From Catajapyx aquilonaris (taxonomy: Eukaryota), in assembly GCA_000934665.2 (NCBI GenBank), contig JYFJ02004062.1, positions 1-35,120 of the forward strand: a DNA stretch of 35,120 nucleotides, written 5' to 3'. The position numbers and the translations under genes were made by a program. Under the pieces are notes generated by a model. It was not told where the DNA came from, searched no databases, and worked only from the letters and a program-made list of their open reading frames with translations. Every line of letters starts with the position of its first letter. The first letter of the stretch is position 1. Positions 12,303 through 24,400 of the stretch are shown piece after piece.

Positions 12303-12752
12303 CAGGGGTTGGACAAAATAATAGGAACACCTGCAGAAAGTGGTTGAAATTTCGCGTCTGTTTTATTAGAAACCCGGAAAAATTATTACAAAGATGACTT
12401 TTATCCGGTTTTGAAGCTCTGTCGATGTCGATCATCCTATTCTTTAAGTGGCGGGGGTTGGGGGTATATAGTTCACAAAGTGGCATCGACAGGGCTTCAA
12501 AACCTATAGTAAAGTGCATATCCATAACTGTTTTGGTTTTCAAATGACAATAAGGCTGGAACACTTGGTCAAAAATGGGGTCTGGGGGGGGGGGGGGTGT
12601 CATTCGTCTTTTGTTTCTCTCCCCATCTCGTGCTTTTTGCATCATATCCGTCCCTCGACAAACATACATCGACAGAGCTTCAAAACCTGGTAAAAGTCAT
12701 TTTCCGGTTTTCTAATAAATTTCAACCGTTGTTTGCAGGTATCCAACCCCTG
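12303..12752. mobile_element. Tc1/mariner-like MITE with long imperfect TIRs
   Basis: TA|CAGGGGTTGGA...ACCTGCA...GGTTGAAATTT...TATTAGAAA...ATGACTTTTA...GGTTTTGAAGCTCTGTCGATGT mirrored at 12666..12752 (ACATCGACAGAGCTTCAAAACC...TGCAGGT-ATCCAACCCCTG); a third partial copy lies near 12485. Confidence 0.75.
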
Positions 12753-13190
12753 ATGTAAGTAGTGTAGTAGTCCATGTTTGGAATAAACCTCGTCATTGTC
12801 CGTGTCACACTAGTGTACTATAAGTGGTAAATGTGAGTGAAGTGTGAATGTGAAAAGTTGCATGTATTGTAACCTTGGACCTTGGTTTTCTGTTGAATAG
12901 ATTTATTTTATTTTCATAATTTCTTTGTAGCTGCAGAGTAGCTTTTCTTTAAGCAAATAATAATCAAAATGGAATCTCCATACGACAGCTGCGATATTAA
13001 TTTCCAAATTCCAGGCTAATGTAATAGACTATGGCATTAGGTGAATCCACAAAAATATCACTATAGTAACTAGTATCTAGTATGTATCATAGTGTCTGTA
13101 ACTGCAACCCAAAGTCTGGAATCTCGCCGCGTCACCCAATTTTGAAACATTTACTCATGATCCATGGAGTATCATCTGCTATTTGGCATA

Positions 13191-13400
13191 CCGTAAGTGA
13201 CTTGGTGACAGTTTTTGAGGTTTTTCGTATCAGCAGAAACTGGTTAATGTTTTTCCAATAAATGTTTCGTTGATTTTTGTACCCTCATCCTTCCTCTAAC
13301 GACTTTGTGACAAAAGCGCTGGTTGCAGTCAAAAAGGTCAAATAATAATGGCGCGAGATTCTAAAACCTGATTTGACACAAAGTCACACCCCACTTACGG
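13191..13400. mobile_element. pogo/Tigger-like MITE
   Basis: TA|CCGTAAGTG...CACTTACGG|TA termini with further inverted similarity (GACTTGGTGACA vs TGACACAAAGTC); TA target duplication. Confidence 0.6.
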
Positions 13401-14200
13401 TATCTGATAGTTGGCACACAGCTAATACCCGTAGAACACTAATCTGTACCTAAAATACCGGTATAGCTGCATTTGGCTCTGCTGTGAGTATCGGAGTCAC
13501 AGCCCTCTGGATCAGAGCAAGCCATGGTCCGTAAGTCGAATTGCGTATTCAGGCATACTGTGACAATCAATGACGGCGCCGAGTAGACTCTTGTATACCG
13601 GTACTGAGAATATTGCATCTTGCTATCATCCGCCTTATAAGATGTATTAATGGCTAACTACATAAAACACAACTCGATTTTTTTGCACTTTGCCATTTCG
13701 CACAGATCCATTACATAGTGTTATAAATTGAACATCACACAAAGGAAACATATCTTCTTAATTCATTAACTTCTATCCTCAAAATACCTCTAATTCAGAT
13801 GACTTCTCCATTCCTCATTCGAACCGATTTCGCAAAAGTAGCGTCCAATTTCCTTGGCCACCTGAAAGTTTGCATCCACTGAGCCTCACAACCTGGGTCA
13901 CATTCAGTATAATAAAACATGATTAATTCCCAGGTGTCACTTAGAAGCATGACTTGCAAAAAGCCAGATCACGCTGCATTATGTTACCCCATGATCGAAT
14001 TAATTATCAGATCCCTCCAACCCATGTCCGCCATGATTAAGCCTTACGTATGATACAGTACTCGACCATAATCGAAGCACTTATGCTCATAAATGAAACA
14101 GAAATCCTCAAGGACGCATTTATGCAGTCAAGTTGTTCCTGAGCTGAAACCAAATCATAAGAAAAAGACATGAAACAAAATATTCAATTGAAAGTTACTT

Positions 14201-15133
14201 TATAGTCTCAAACACTCACTACTCAATCAAAATTCATTTTTATTATCGTCTAGGACAAACACTTTTTGAGACTATAGTCTCAAACATCCATTTTTATGTG
14301 TAGCATCAAAAATTCACTTTTAATATCGTCTGAAAAACACTTTTTGAGACTATAGTCTCAAACATCCATTTTTATGTATAGCGTCAAAAATTCACTTTTA
14401 TTATCGTCTAGGACAAGCACTTTTTTAGACTATATAGCAGGGCTATTCAACTAGTTTCTGACAAGGTCCAGTATTTACCTTTCCTGGGCCATTGAAGGTC
14501 CGCCCCCCCCCCCCATATGGTACCACAGGGTTCATATTCGAAAATATAAACATGTGCAGCAAGGGTAGAAGGGCCTATCAAGACAGGGCATATTAAGACA
14601 TTTTCGCCCTTTATGATGTCCTGTACAGGGGCGTAGGCAGAAGAATTTCGGTGAACAAGCCGTAATGGACGGGGAAAGAGCCCGCCGCAGACGAAATTTT
14701 TTGGGGGTTCAAGGTCCCACGAGCTTAGGTGAGATGTGGGAAATTTGAATAGGTGTGTATTTGATGAAATTGGTAGCACTTTTTCCAAAAAAGAAACATG
14801 AATTAGTAATTTATCATGCTATTTCAAACTGTCCTGTATATTGTCGAGGTCCGGACAAAATTGCGTCGCGGTTCGCCAGTTGAATATCCCTGGACTATAG
14901 TCTCAAACATCTATTTTTATGTAGCCTATAGCATCAAAAATTCACTTTCATTATCGTCTGAAAAACACTTTTTGAGACTATAATCTCAAACATCCATTTT
15001 TATGTATAGCGTCAAAAATTCACTTTTATTATCGTCTAGGACAAACACTTTTTGAGACTATAGTCTCAAACATCCATTTTTATGTATAGCGTCAAAAATT
15101 CATTTTTATTGTCGTCTAGGAAAACACTTTTGA
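14201..15133. repeat. Tandem array of ~78-80-bp units (about 6 copies) containing the palindrome TTTGAGACTATAGTCTCAAA; interrupted by a hAT MITE
   Basis: Palindrome copies at 14265, 14343, ~14423 (split by insertion), 14971 (1 mismatch), 15051; units largely alternate TCTAGGACAAAC / TCTGAAAAAC variants. Confidence 0.95.
14438..14892. mobile_element. hAT (Buster-like) MITE inserted in the tandem array
   Basis: TIRs CAGGGCTATTCAACT / AGTTGAATATCCCTG (14/15); 8-bp target GACTATAG (nnnTAnnn) on the right, with the left copy carrying an extra TA. Confidence 0.85.
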
Positions 15134-15165
15134 ATAGTAAATGAAACAGAATATAACATTGGATA

Positions 15166-15474
15166 TCATTGAATGTCTAAAGTGGATTCTTCGGTGACAT
15201 TCGAATCATCTGTGATGTTCGAATCGTCGGTGATGTTCAACTCATCAGCTTGAGGCGGTAGCGCCCGAAACCAGCTGGGAGGCAAGGTCGCAAACGTGAG
15301 GTACCCAGTATGCCCTGGCATATTGGTCGGAGGCACCGCCGATGCAAATTTCCTAGTGAAAGCTCCTGGAGCCGGTCTCGAAGAGTCATTTTGTGTCGCT
15401 AATGTCGGCGTCTCAGTCTCCACACGTTTCTCATCCAAATTCAAAGGTTCCCCAGTCGGACTCGTCATCTCTTT
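15166..15474 (-). CDS. TRMT61A: TRMT61A coding exon 3 (terminal)
   Basis: cttcag|KEMTSP...MPGHTGYLTFATLPP...stop; AATAAA on the - strand at 15105..15110. Confidence 0.88.
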   Translation of the reverse strand, partial: KEMTSPTGEPLNLDEKRVETETPTLATQNDSSRPAPGAFTRKFASAVPPTNMPGHTGYLTFATLPPSWFRALPPQADELNITDDSNITDDSNVTEESTLDIQ

Positions 15475-18400
15475 CTGAAGTAATTAGAAAACACTTAGAA
15501 GACATCGTAAGACTACAACTTAATAATACTTAATAATACTAACTTAACACACAATACATTTTGGTCATGCTGCTGCTGACTGGAACGGAATCTTCCAAGA
15601 AGCACACGCCCCTTATTCCTCTCATTATACGATCCCTGATTCACCTCACCACCCTCCCATCACCCCCCATACAACATGATTCTTGCGCAGCATAATAGTT
15701 TCGCGGATTATTTATGCCTTGTGTGGGAGTAATTAGGAGTAGGAAAGCAGCTTAATCTTAGAGAGAAGCGGACGGACGCCCTGCTTTTGCAGCCCCGGCC
15801 AGGAAAATTGCCCTTTAGAAATGTAGTATAATTGAATCAGCCAGATGGGTAAGAAAAAGAAGGAGGGCACACACAAAAGACGAGGCCCTTCTGCCTGGGC
15901 TGGGGAGAAAAAATGGCCGAAAAAAAATGGAAAAACAGGAAAAATGGGACCAGGTTTGGCACTTTACAAGCGGCCGAGTTCACAATTCTAAATACTTTCA
16001 CGCCTGCCTGATGGTTTTAGGAGGATCAGGTGGCAATCACGGGAGAACAAGTGTCTGCTCGCAAGCGGTATACCAGGCTGTAATTTTTCGCAATAACTCC
16101 CGCCATTTTCTGCTCGGTCTCAAACGTCCATCCTGTGAAAAACAAGCCAATGGGGCTCATCATTTGGCTAACTACACAAGCTGTAACACAACCTTTTACT
16201 TTTTAAAGAAAATTATTAATTTTAAATCATTTCAAGTAGTTGATCTAATGCAGTGGTTCCCAACCTTTTTCGGGCCGCGACCCCCTTTTATGATAGTCAA
16301 GTAACCTGCGAACCCCCAGAGCGTTAGTAGGTGTCGAAGAAAAAAAAACATTCGCGGCGAAATTTCATATAAAATTTATTTATTTAATTAATTAATTTAT
16401 TTATTTATTTATAAAAATAACCGCGGCCACGCGCGACTCCCAAGGGGGCCGCGACCCACAGGTTGAGAACCACTAATGGTTATATTTAATTTAAAAAAAA
16501 TGGCGTACACGTTGCACCTTGTCCCAACCACCTTATCCATCGGGCCAACCACTTCATCGAGCTTGGAAGATTGGTTTTTCTCCCTATTGATGCCGATTAA
16601 TCTGCAGCGCCAAGCTTCGAGACAATATTGTTATTACAGAAGGTGTATATAGATGGTGAGTCCAGATATGGCTTGATGTGAGTGGTCTCTCTCTTCTTCT
16701 TCTCGCGCAGCCTCTTGCGTCGGACCCGCTTTTCTAGTTTGCGTCGGCGTGCAAAGCAAACAAAAGCGCCGCTACCTGGAAGCACATGAGTGGACCCGCC
16801 TCGATCTGGACCCACACTAATGGCACTTGACACCTGTCCCACAAAAAAGGGGGCCCTCCTTCAGTGTGCTTTTCATCCTAATTATCCTCTTCCTATACAA
16901 TTTACTTCTCACGCATTCAACTCAGAGAAACACTAATTCGTGTACTACAATGTTCCTCAAGTTTTTTTTCCAAACAATGTGACAAAACTGCCGATTTCCA
17001 GGAGAGGACCTGAGGACCGGTTCGACATATCTGACCAACTTCAACAAATTTGTCAAAATCGTTTAAGTATACTTAAACGATTTTGACAAATTTGTGTGAG
17101 AATATAGTGCGATTTCTTTTCATAATGTCTTTCATCAACATGTGTGGGATGGTGCAACTTCGGGTATTCCAGACGTGACTACCTCGCCTGAATATGGCCA
17201 TCTTGCCACAGTTCAGAGGTGACAAACTGCCATATATAGGGTCACCAACCTGCTCACATTTCATTCACGCTCCCAGCAAATGCGAATGTGAAATCCAAAT
17301 TAAGTGCGATTCGTGCTTTTAAAAAAAAAAAAAAAGCCGAGCTCGAGATTGATACACCAATTACGTTCCTTGTAATTTATTCTCGGATGTAAAAGGTACG
17401 ACTCATGACTCTTGACAATTAGGCCAAATACAGGACGGGGTGGGTAAAGGTTTTGATCCGGATGAGAGGAAGGTACTGCTGGCCGGAATGATAATGAAGG
17501 TATGGGGGTCTCTCATGGGATTGGCCAATTTGTGCTGGCGCAATAATGGCGAGCTGGTATCTATCGCGAGTCCCAATCGCGCTGTAAATACATCAGGGGC
17601 CAGGCAAAAGGAGCCAGGGTCGGTGGGTGCAAGCCATAGCCCAAGCACAGCCCACAGCAGGTACTGATTTCCAGCCCAGCCCGTGATTTATAGAGCGCAC
17701 TCCTTCTCGAGAAGAAGGAGGAGGGGGGGATATATGGAGGTGACCTAACCCTTTCGGGATCGGGGTCACCTCCCCAACTTTCTCATGGAGTTGGAGCCAG
17801 CAGATAAAACTGGCTCGGGTTGCACCCACATTGGGGAGTGGAAGCCACAACACGATGAGATGCGATGGAAAAACCACTGGATACGATACTATCGATATAG
17901 TTCTTCTTGGCCATTTTTTCAGTGATTTATAACCAATGACGTTCCAAGTTGCGAACGGTGCTCCGATACATATCTTGGGAAGTTGAGACGTCCCCCGGTA
18001 TGGCCAGGCTGCCGGAGTCTGAGGGCTGCAGCTCCGAGGATGGCAGAAGGAATGCGAGCCCAACCTATAATCATGCGGAATTAGGCCCGGGCCCGGCTTT
18101 TTGCTTAATGGGGTCACGTGGTAGATTGGTCAGGGGACGATCTCGGTCTGCCAGCCCGGGACCGTGATTTACTCTCAGATGCTCTCTATCGTAGCCTCGC
18201 CCATTACACATTCTCACAGTTAACAGGTCTATTCGGAGCCCTTCACGTGCGCTTCAAAATTCGATGCAAATTGAAATAGTGCAGTCACGTTCTCAGGGGG
18301 TCTCGCCCCGCGATATTACAAGTTAATGTGCTCAGGAACAAACGATGTTCATATTACGACAAAATGATTTTAATATCCGAATGGTAGGGAATTTTAGCAT

Positions 18401-21400
18401 CATCAGAGAGTTGTGGAAGACACAAGCTTGTTAAAGTGCTTTTATATCGATACTCCATGGCTTTGTGACACTAAGTCCTTTCATAATTTATGATGATAGG
18501 CGCTAAAATTCAACTCGTTGTGCCTATTACACTCCGAAACCTTTATGCAAAGCAAACCACCCCAAGGCTGCGACAATAGACTCTACATGCATATATTTTC
18601 TCCATGTTACTTCTAGAAGAGCACCTTGTTCCCAGGCCAGTTGCAATATGATCATTCTGCAGCGTTATGACTGTATCAACTTACAGTTCGATTTGCAAAT
18701 AATTGGCCCGATTCTGTAACTATGCAAACTAATGCGAAGTCAAAACCAACCCTGTAAGTTTCAGTATGAAAGAAGAACATGAAAGCCGACCTATTACCCC
18801 CAACCCCCTCTCATTTACCTAATGTAAAGTTAATTTCACTGCCCGCAACAGTCGCTCTTAATTAATGGGAATATTTAAAAAAAAATCTACGTTATCAAAG
18901 GAACAATCTTTTGGGGGAAGCTGTCTCATTCTGCAACCGAAGAAGCTGAGAGCATCCATTGCTCCAGGCAGAAGCAACCTACTGGACAGATAATGCATTA
19001 ATACGGTATGTCCTTATAAGAAACTAATATTGAAACTAGATTTTCCAGTCCCCTCATCCACATATTTAATCTCTGTAAAAGTGAGCACCCTTACAAATGA
19101 TAAGTTACCTTGTTATTCCGACCACTACGCCTAATTAGTCTTCTTTATCAAATCACAGCGTAGACATAGGTATCGCATTATTTGCTCCCATGTACCGCAT
19201 TAATTTACGAAATCCTCGTGAGTTGCAATCGGAATTGTTAATGCATATTTTACTCATTAGCCGAATGCAGTGTTACAGATTTGACTACCTCGCGTTTTAC
19301 CTAACTTGCTTATTTGCTTGGCAGGTGGCACGGACATACCGCTCATTTCATAGTACAGACTTCCAACAAATGAACAATAGGAATTGTGTATGACACGAAA
19401 GTCCATAATAATGCCAATCTACCAGGTGTTCGCATTTTAGAGGACCTTGACATAACAATTGCGATATTATTCCATTAATGGATCATACCCCTCCTACATG
19501 TCTCGTCTACATGTGCCTTCGCCGAAGTTCCAGTACACACAATCCTATTTTAGCTTCCTTACGTTATCCCAGTACATGTATATCTACAATTCAAGGTAAA
19601 GAGTCGGAACACTCTACAAACAACCTTGTCCTTCAAAGTGCATACAACCTATCTCGACGACATTGGATCAAAAATCCCTCAACCCTTCCTTCCGATCAAT
19701 GTCACGGTAATCAACTTCTCAGGCATGAATTCACACAGCAAAACAGTGGCACCTCGTCCGAATCGCGCTTTTTTTTTTACATCCCCGCAAGGGCAGGTCG
19801 CCAATCGCCGATGCATGTACTCATTTTCTCCATGCATATGCTCCACAAAAACGGTGTCGTGTACAACGCAGCCTAATTTTCTATTTCCGAAATAACCAGT
19901 TCAGTATCATCATGCCCCTGTACTCGACATCGGAATATGTACAGAGAGGGGTCACCGGTCGTATAAAAATTGGTCAGGCCACGGGCAATTGCGTGCCTAA
20001 TGATCAGGAACACAAGGAAGCACTTCGGCACTCCTGAGGACACTCTTTTTGTATTCGGGCTCACTTGCACATGCTTGAATCATAAAAATGGCGCCGTCTG
20101 GCAATAGCGGCGGTTTGTTTTCGGCCAGAATTTGGGACAGTAGCTGGAGTGGTCCAACCTGAAAGACGACACGCGCCCGCCTTTTGTGTGCGCATTCGAC
20201 GCCACCATACTCGAAGGAACACACACATTACTTCGTGACTTGGGACACCAAAACACCCATTGGCTTATCCAATCACGTACTGCCGGTATATATCACAAGG
20301 GATTCTATAGGATGCAATTTATCAGATGAAGCGTATATGAAAACACCAAATTTTTCGGTTATAGGTACAAGTATCCGGTAGCATCGCCTGTAAATTACTG
20401 ACTTGGATGTTGCGGATGACAAATTTAGAACCGCTTCGGAAACGTGCAACGGCAGTTTTAAGGAATATTTTCTGCAGCTTGGCAGGAGCTAGGATATTCA
20501 TTAATACCTGTTGCATCCATGAAGTTCGAAGACATTTCTGAAATCTTGTGACCATGCAACTGCTTAAATATTCATGCATATTTTTGCAAAACATACAATG
20601 TACCTGGCAGCATAACATAGCTCGACTGCCTTTTGCACCCTATACAAACTGCCTGCAGCCAAGTGGAAACATACACTTCATCCCGATCCGCGGTGGAACA
20701 TCTTCAATGGTGAGGACAATGCAATAAAACCCTAGCATTGTTTCTTTTGTTGTGATCACCATCTTGTGACTTCCAGCTGAGTGAACCGAAAAATGAGTCA
20801 TAATGCGACGTGTTTACTGTACCTTCGGTGGTGGATTGAGAAGTAACGGCATCGTACATGTCTGCACCTTGAATTCTTTCTGGAGGGCCTCGATGGTCGA
20901 AACCTCGACGAACCCGTGCATCGTGAGCACAGTCGTGGTTCTTTGCACCTGCTCGATACATGGCGAAAACGAACACAAACGTCCCCCTGAAAGCGAAACA
21001 AACGCAATTTTAGCAGACATTTCAGTGTTCAGTGGCTATGGATGGACAGTTTGGACACTGATTGACGCACTTGGGACACTTCTGGCCTTACCCGATGGAT
21101 AAGTTCATCGGGTGACCATTATGATTATGTACATAAAATGTCACAAATAGCTACAAAAAACTGTCCATACTAAAAAAAAAAAAATCGCATTTCCTCCATT
21201 TCCCAACACAGCATTGGCCTGCATACTCATTTCAATCAAGGTTGAGACAGGTAATGGCGCACGGGCTACAAACCATATGAAATCACGTCCGTATTCCACC
21301 ATCCTGATAGTAAAATACAACCGCACGTGCAAGCAACCTCCCCAAACGAACTCAACCGTGGGAAAAAGCGTAAACCAGATGGTAAACGTAATTGTAATTT

Positions 21401-24400
21401 ACCAAGCCTATAAAATCCACACTCGATTTACCAGCCCCAACATACGAGGCAGCAATTAGCGTAAATGTCGCCTCCCCACATTCCATCCCCCTCCCCCTTT
21501 ACCTGTGCTATGCATCTGGGCATTTTCCCATGTATCTCCTCTTTTTCCCCCGCCCCCCTATCCTAGCTTGTGTGCCCAGGATTCTCATTCCTCATAAAGA
21601 TGGCTTGATAATTACCCATTCCTCCCCCCCCCTCTACCCCCTCCTCTTCCTACCTGCCCATAAAGAAACGTGGTAAAAAAAAAAAGAAGAACGAGTAAAG
21701 ATTGGTGCGGGCATAGTGAAGCATGACTATCTGGATCAAGAGAGCAGCACAGCATGGAAACAAAAGCTTGCGAGCAGGCGCCCACAGCTTGATCAAAGAG
21801 GAATCCAGCCACAACACAAAGAAATGGGCGGAGGGAATTGCAGGAGAAGTACTGGGGGGAGGTTAAAGGAATATACCAAAGTAAAAAAAAAAAAAGAAGC
21901 CAGCAAAGGGGCCACACTTTCTTATTTATGGACTGGGAAGAAAACCGCTAGCTTTGCCCAAATAATTCTCACTTTTTGCATGCCACTTTAAGCATACTAT
22001 CATAATTTTTTCCAGAGCTGACATGGTGGTAGAGGGCTGGGAATGATGTTCTGCAAGTTTGACCTCTCCCAATTTTCAGCGCAATACCTCAAATTTGGAA
22101 CCTCAAAAAAAAAAAATCACTAGACATTTGAATTTCAGCATGGTGGTCCATCTTATTTAGCTAATTTACAGTCGCAGCTAAAAATAACTGCTTATTCGCC
22201 CAATATGTTCCAGCAAGCCATCCTGAAACCGGATCAAAGTCGGACGTGATGACGGCAAGAGACAGGAGGGGTCGAACCCACCAGACAGCGCATTTCTCGT
22301 TGCAGGCAGAGGTCGTCTCAAGAGGTCACACCATACATGCTGCCTGGTGGCTTGTACAGCTCCAGTCGCGGTCCTAGTCGCGGCGCTTTAATAAGGCTAA
22401 GAAGACCGGTGCAAGAGGAAGATTCCTCCTTAGCCCGACTTGATTGCATCGGCAACCCCAAGCAGCTTGCTTGCTTGTTCCCCCTATTAGGCCTCCGCTC
22501 ACAACCGAAAAGAAGTGAACGGACGGAATTACAATCAGGCTGCTGGCTGGGCCCCATAATGCTCCCCCACCCCCTTCAATCCACATGGAGGTAAAAAAAA
22601 TAATTTAAGAAGTAGAAAAAAAATATGATCGGAGCCTGTTCATCTTGGCTGGGCGGGCTCATTGCTCAGCGTCCGGAAAACTCGCCGCTTTCGCGCCCCC
22701 AAAAACAAATGGCCCTCTCCCCTATGAGCTATACGTCCCGTCCGTAAGCCCTTATTTATGAGCGCTTTATGTCCCATCGCGGCCAGGGCGTGTCCATATA
22801 GGCCTAACTGCTAACATATCCGCGCATCATACCCATAAATATGTCACAACTACGTACCGCGATGTACATGTCTCCTTCAGAGTGTACCTGTTCCTAGGTA
22901 GCCCAGCTTCAGGCCAGAAGCAGCTTATTTTTGGCATTTCCTAGTTGGGTGACACAAACGACAGTAAACCCTGAACTAATAATTTATCATATATGAATTG
23001 AGTGATTGTATAGCGCCCCATTTTTTTTTTAAGTACACACTATACAATTCATGTATTAAACATGTAAAATATTAAACAGCATTATAATCATTGTCATCTG
23101 TAAATCGCGGTTGCAGTCCTGCATACGAACGTACAGTACAAATGTCTTGAATCCATCACCTGCTAATTGGCTCCATAACCTTTCTTTTCAAACAGCCATT
23201 CCCTTTCACATAACTCGAGTGTGACACTACCAGCTGTAACAGGTAGGCCATACCCGCACAAAAGCTTGGCAGTTTGCAATATGATAATTGGACCCATCCC
23301 ATCCAAATTGTAGTAGCCTGGTCTACTTTCCCCAGGTTACATCACATGCAAATGTGACCACCTGATGGAATACGTGTAGAAAATGGGCCTGCCTCTCTTT
23401 CGCAGTTGTGTTGGTCAGGCGGGAAAGTCATGGGAAGTGGAGGAGCCAGCAGGAGGAGGGGGTGTGGTGGAAAAAGGGTGGAGGGATGAGTATGTAATCC
23501 GAGTTGTAGTGAAGTCGGTCGCCTTGGGAGCCGGAACTCTGACGGCCTTCAAGCCTTGTTCTGGCTGCTACTCTGGCTGCTTTGGCTTGGCTAGCTTGGC
23601 CATCTTGAAGCTAGCCCATGATTAATCGCCTCCTCGGCCCATCTCATCAAAGCAAACTCGCCTGCTCGGACGGGGACGGATCACCAGCATCACCACTTCT
23701 CCCACCTCTCTTCACATCGCACCCCTTAATACACACTTCACTACCTCATCATTCAATCTTCACTAAGCGCCACTCTTTTTAATCATGATAATTACATGCA
23801 CTAATTGCGGTCCTTCACGTTCCTACAAAATATTGCTCCGTCAAGGCCTGTTTCAGACCCAAAAATTCGGGGCTCCAACAATATGCTACTCGGGACAACC
23901 AAGAATACAAGATTTCGATAGGGGGTGGCACAACTTCAGTCTAATAATGGACGGTTATCAACCTCCGCCCTAATCAAACCCTTTAAAAAAAATCACCGCA
24001 AAGGTTCTCGTAGGTGTATAACGGAATCGGAAGTGGTCGCAAACGGCAGGTTCAAAAGATATATGTCCGTGCATATCTCTGCGGGAGTCAGCTTTGAGAC
24101 TGTGGGAAAGAGGCCCCCATACACCTGCCTAATCCTCCTCCATTTATAACCGATCTCCGCCGAAATCAATCCATCACGCACCATTAACTTATGATCCTTC
24201 ATCGGGACCCGGGTCGCTCGGCTTTTGCAGAGGTGCATCCAACCCTGTACACACTCGCCGCTAATTTATTTCTACGTATTGAACCGCCCCGATAATTATT
24301 AGTCACTGCCGCCGCATTTTTTTCTCCTTCCTTCATATCATGATTTTACATTTTTTCCATCCATGTTGTTCAACCACCCAAGATAGTGCCCAAAATTGTG

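Noticed and set aside
14201..15133. CRISPR-like array (regularly spaced palindromic repeats)
   Set aside because: The sequences between palindromes are near-identical, not unique spacers; eukaryotic context and no cas genes.
17593..18117. 174-aa ORF on the - strand in intron 2
   Set aside because: Pro/Trp/Ser-rich with no family motif; explained by local GC richness.
19626..19895. + strand ORF containing SFSPCI, echoing TRMT61A exon 2 (possible inverted exon copy)
   Set aside because: Match is limited to six residues with different codons and no flanking similarity; most likely chance.
22260..22340. tRNA or tRNA-derived SINE suggested by B-box-like GGTTCGACCC on the - strand
   Set aside because: No A box at proper spacing and no cloverleaf.
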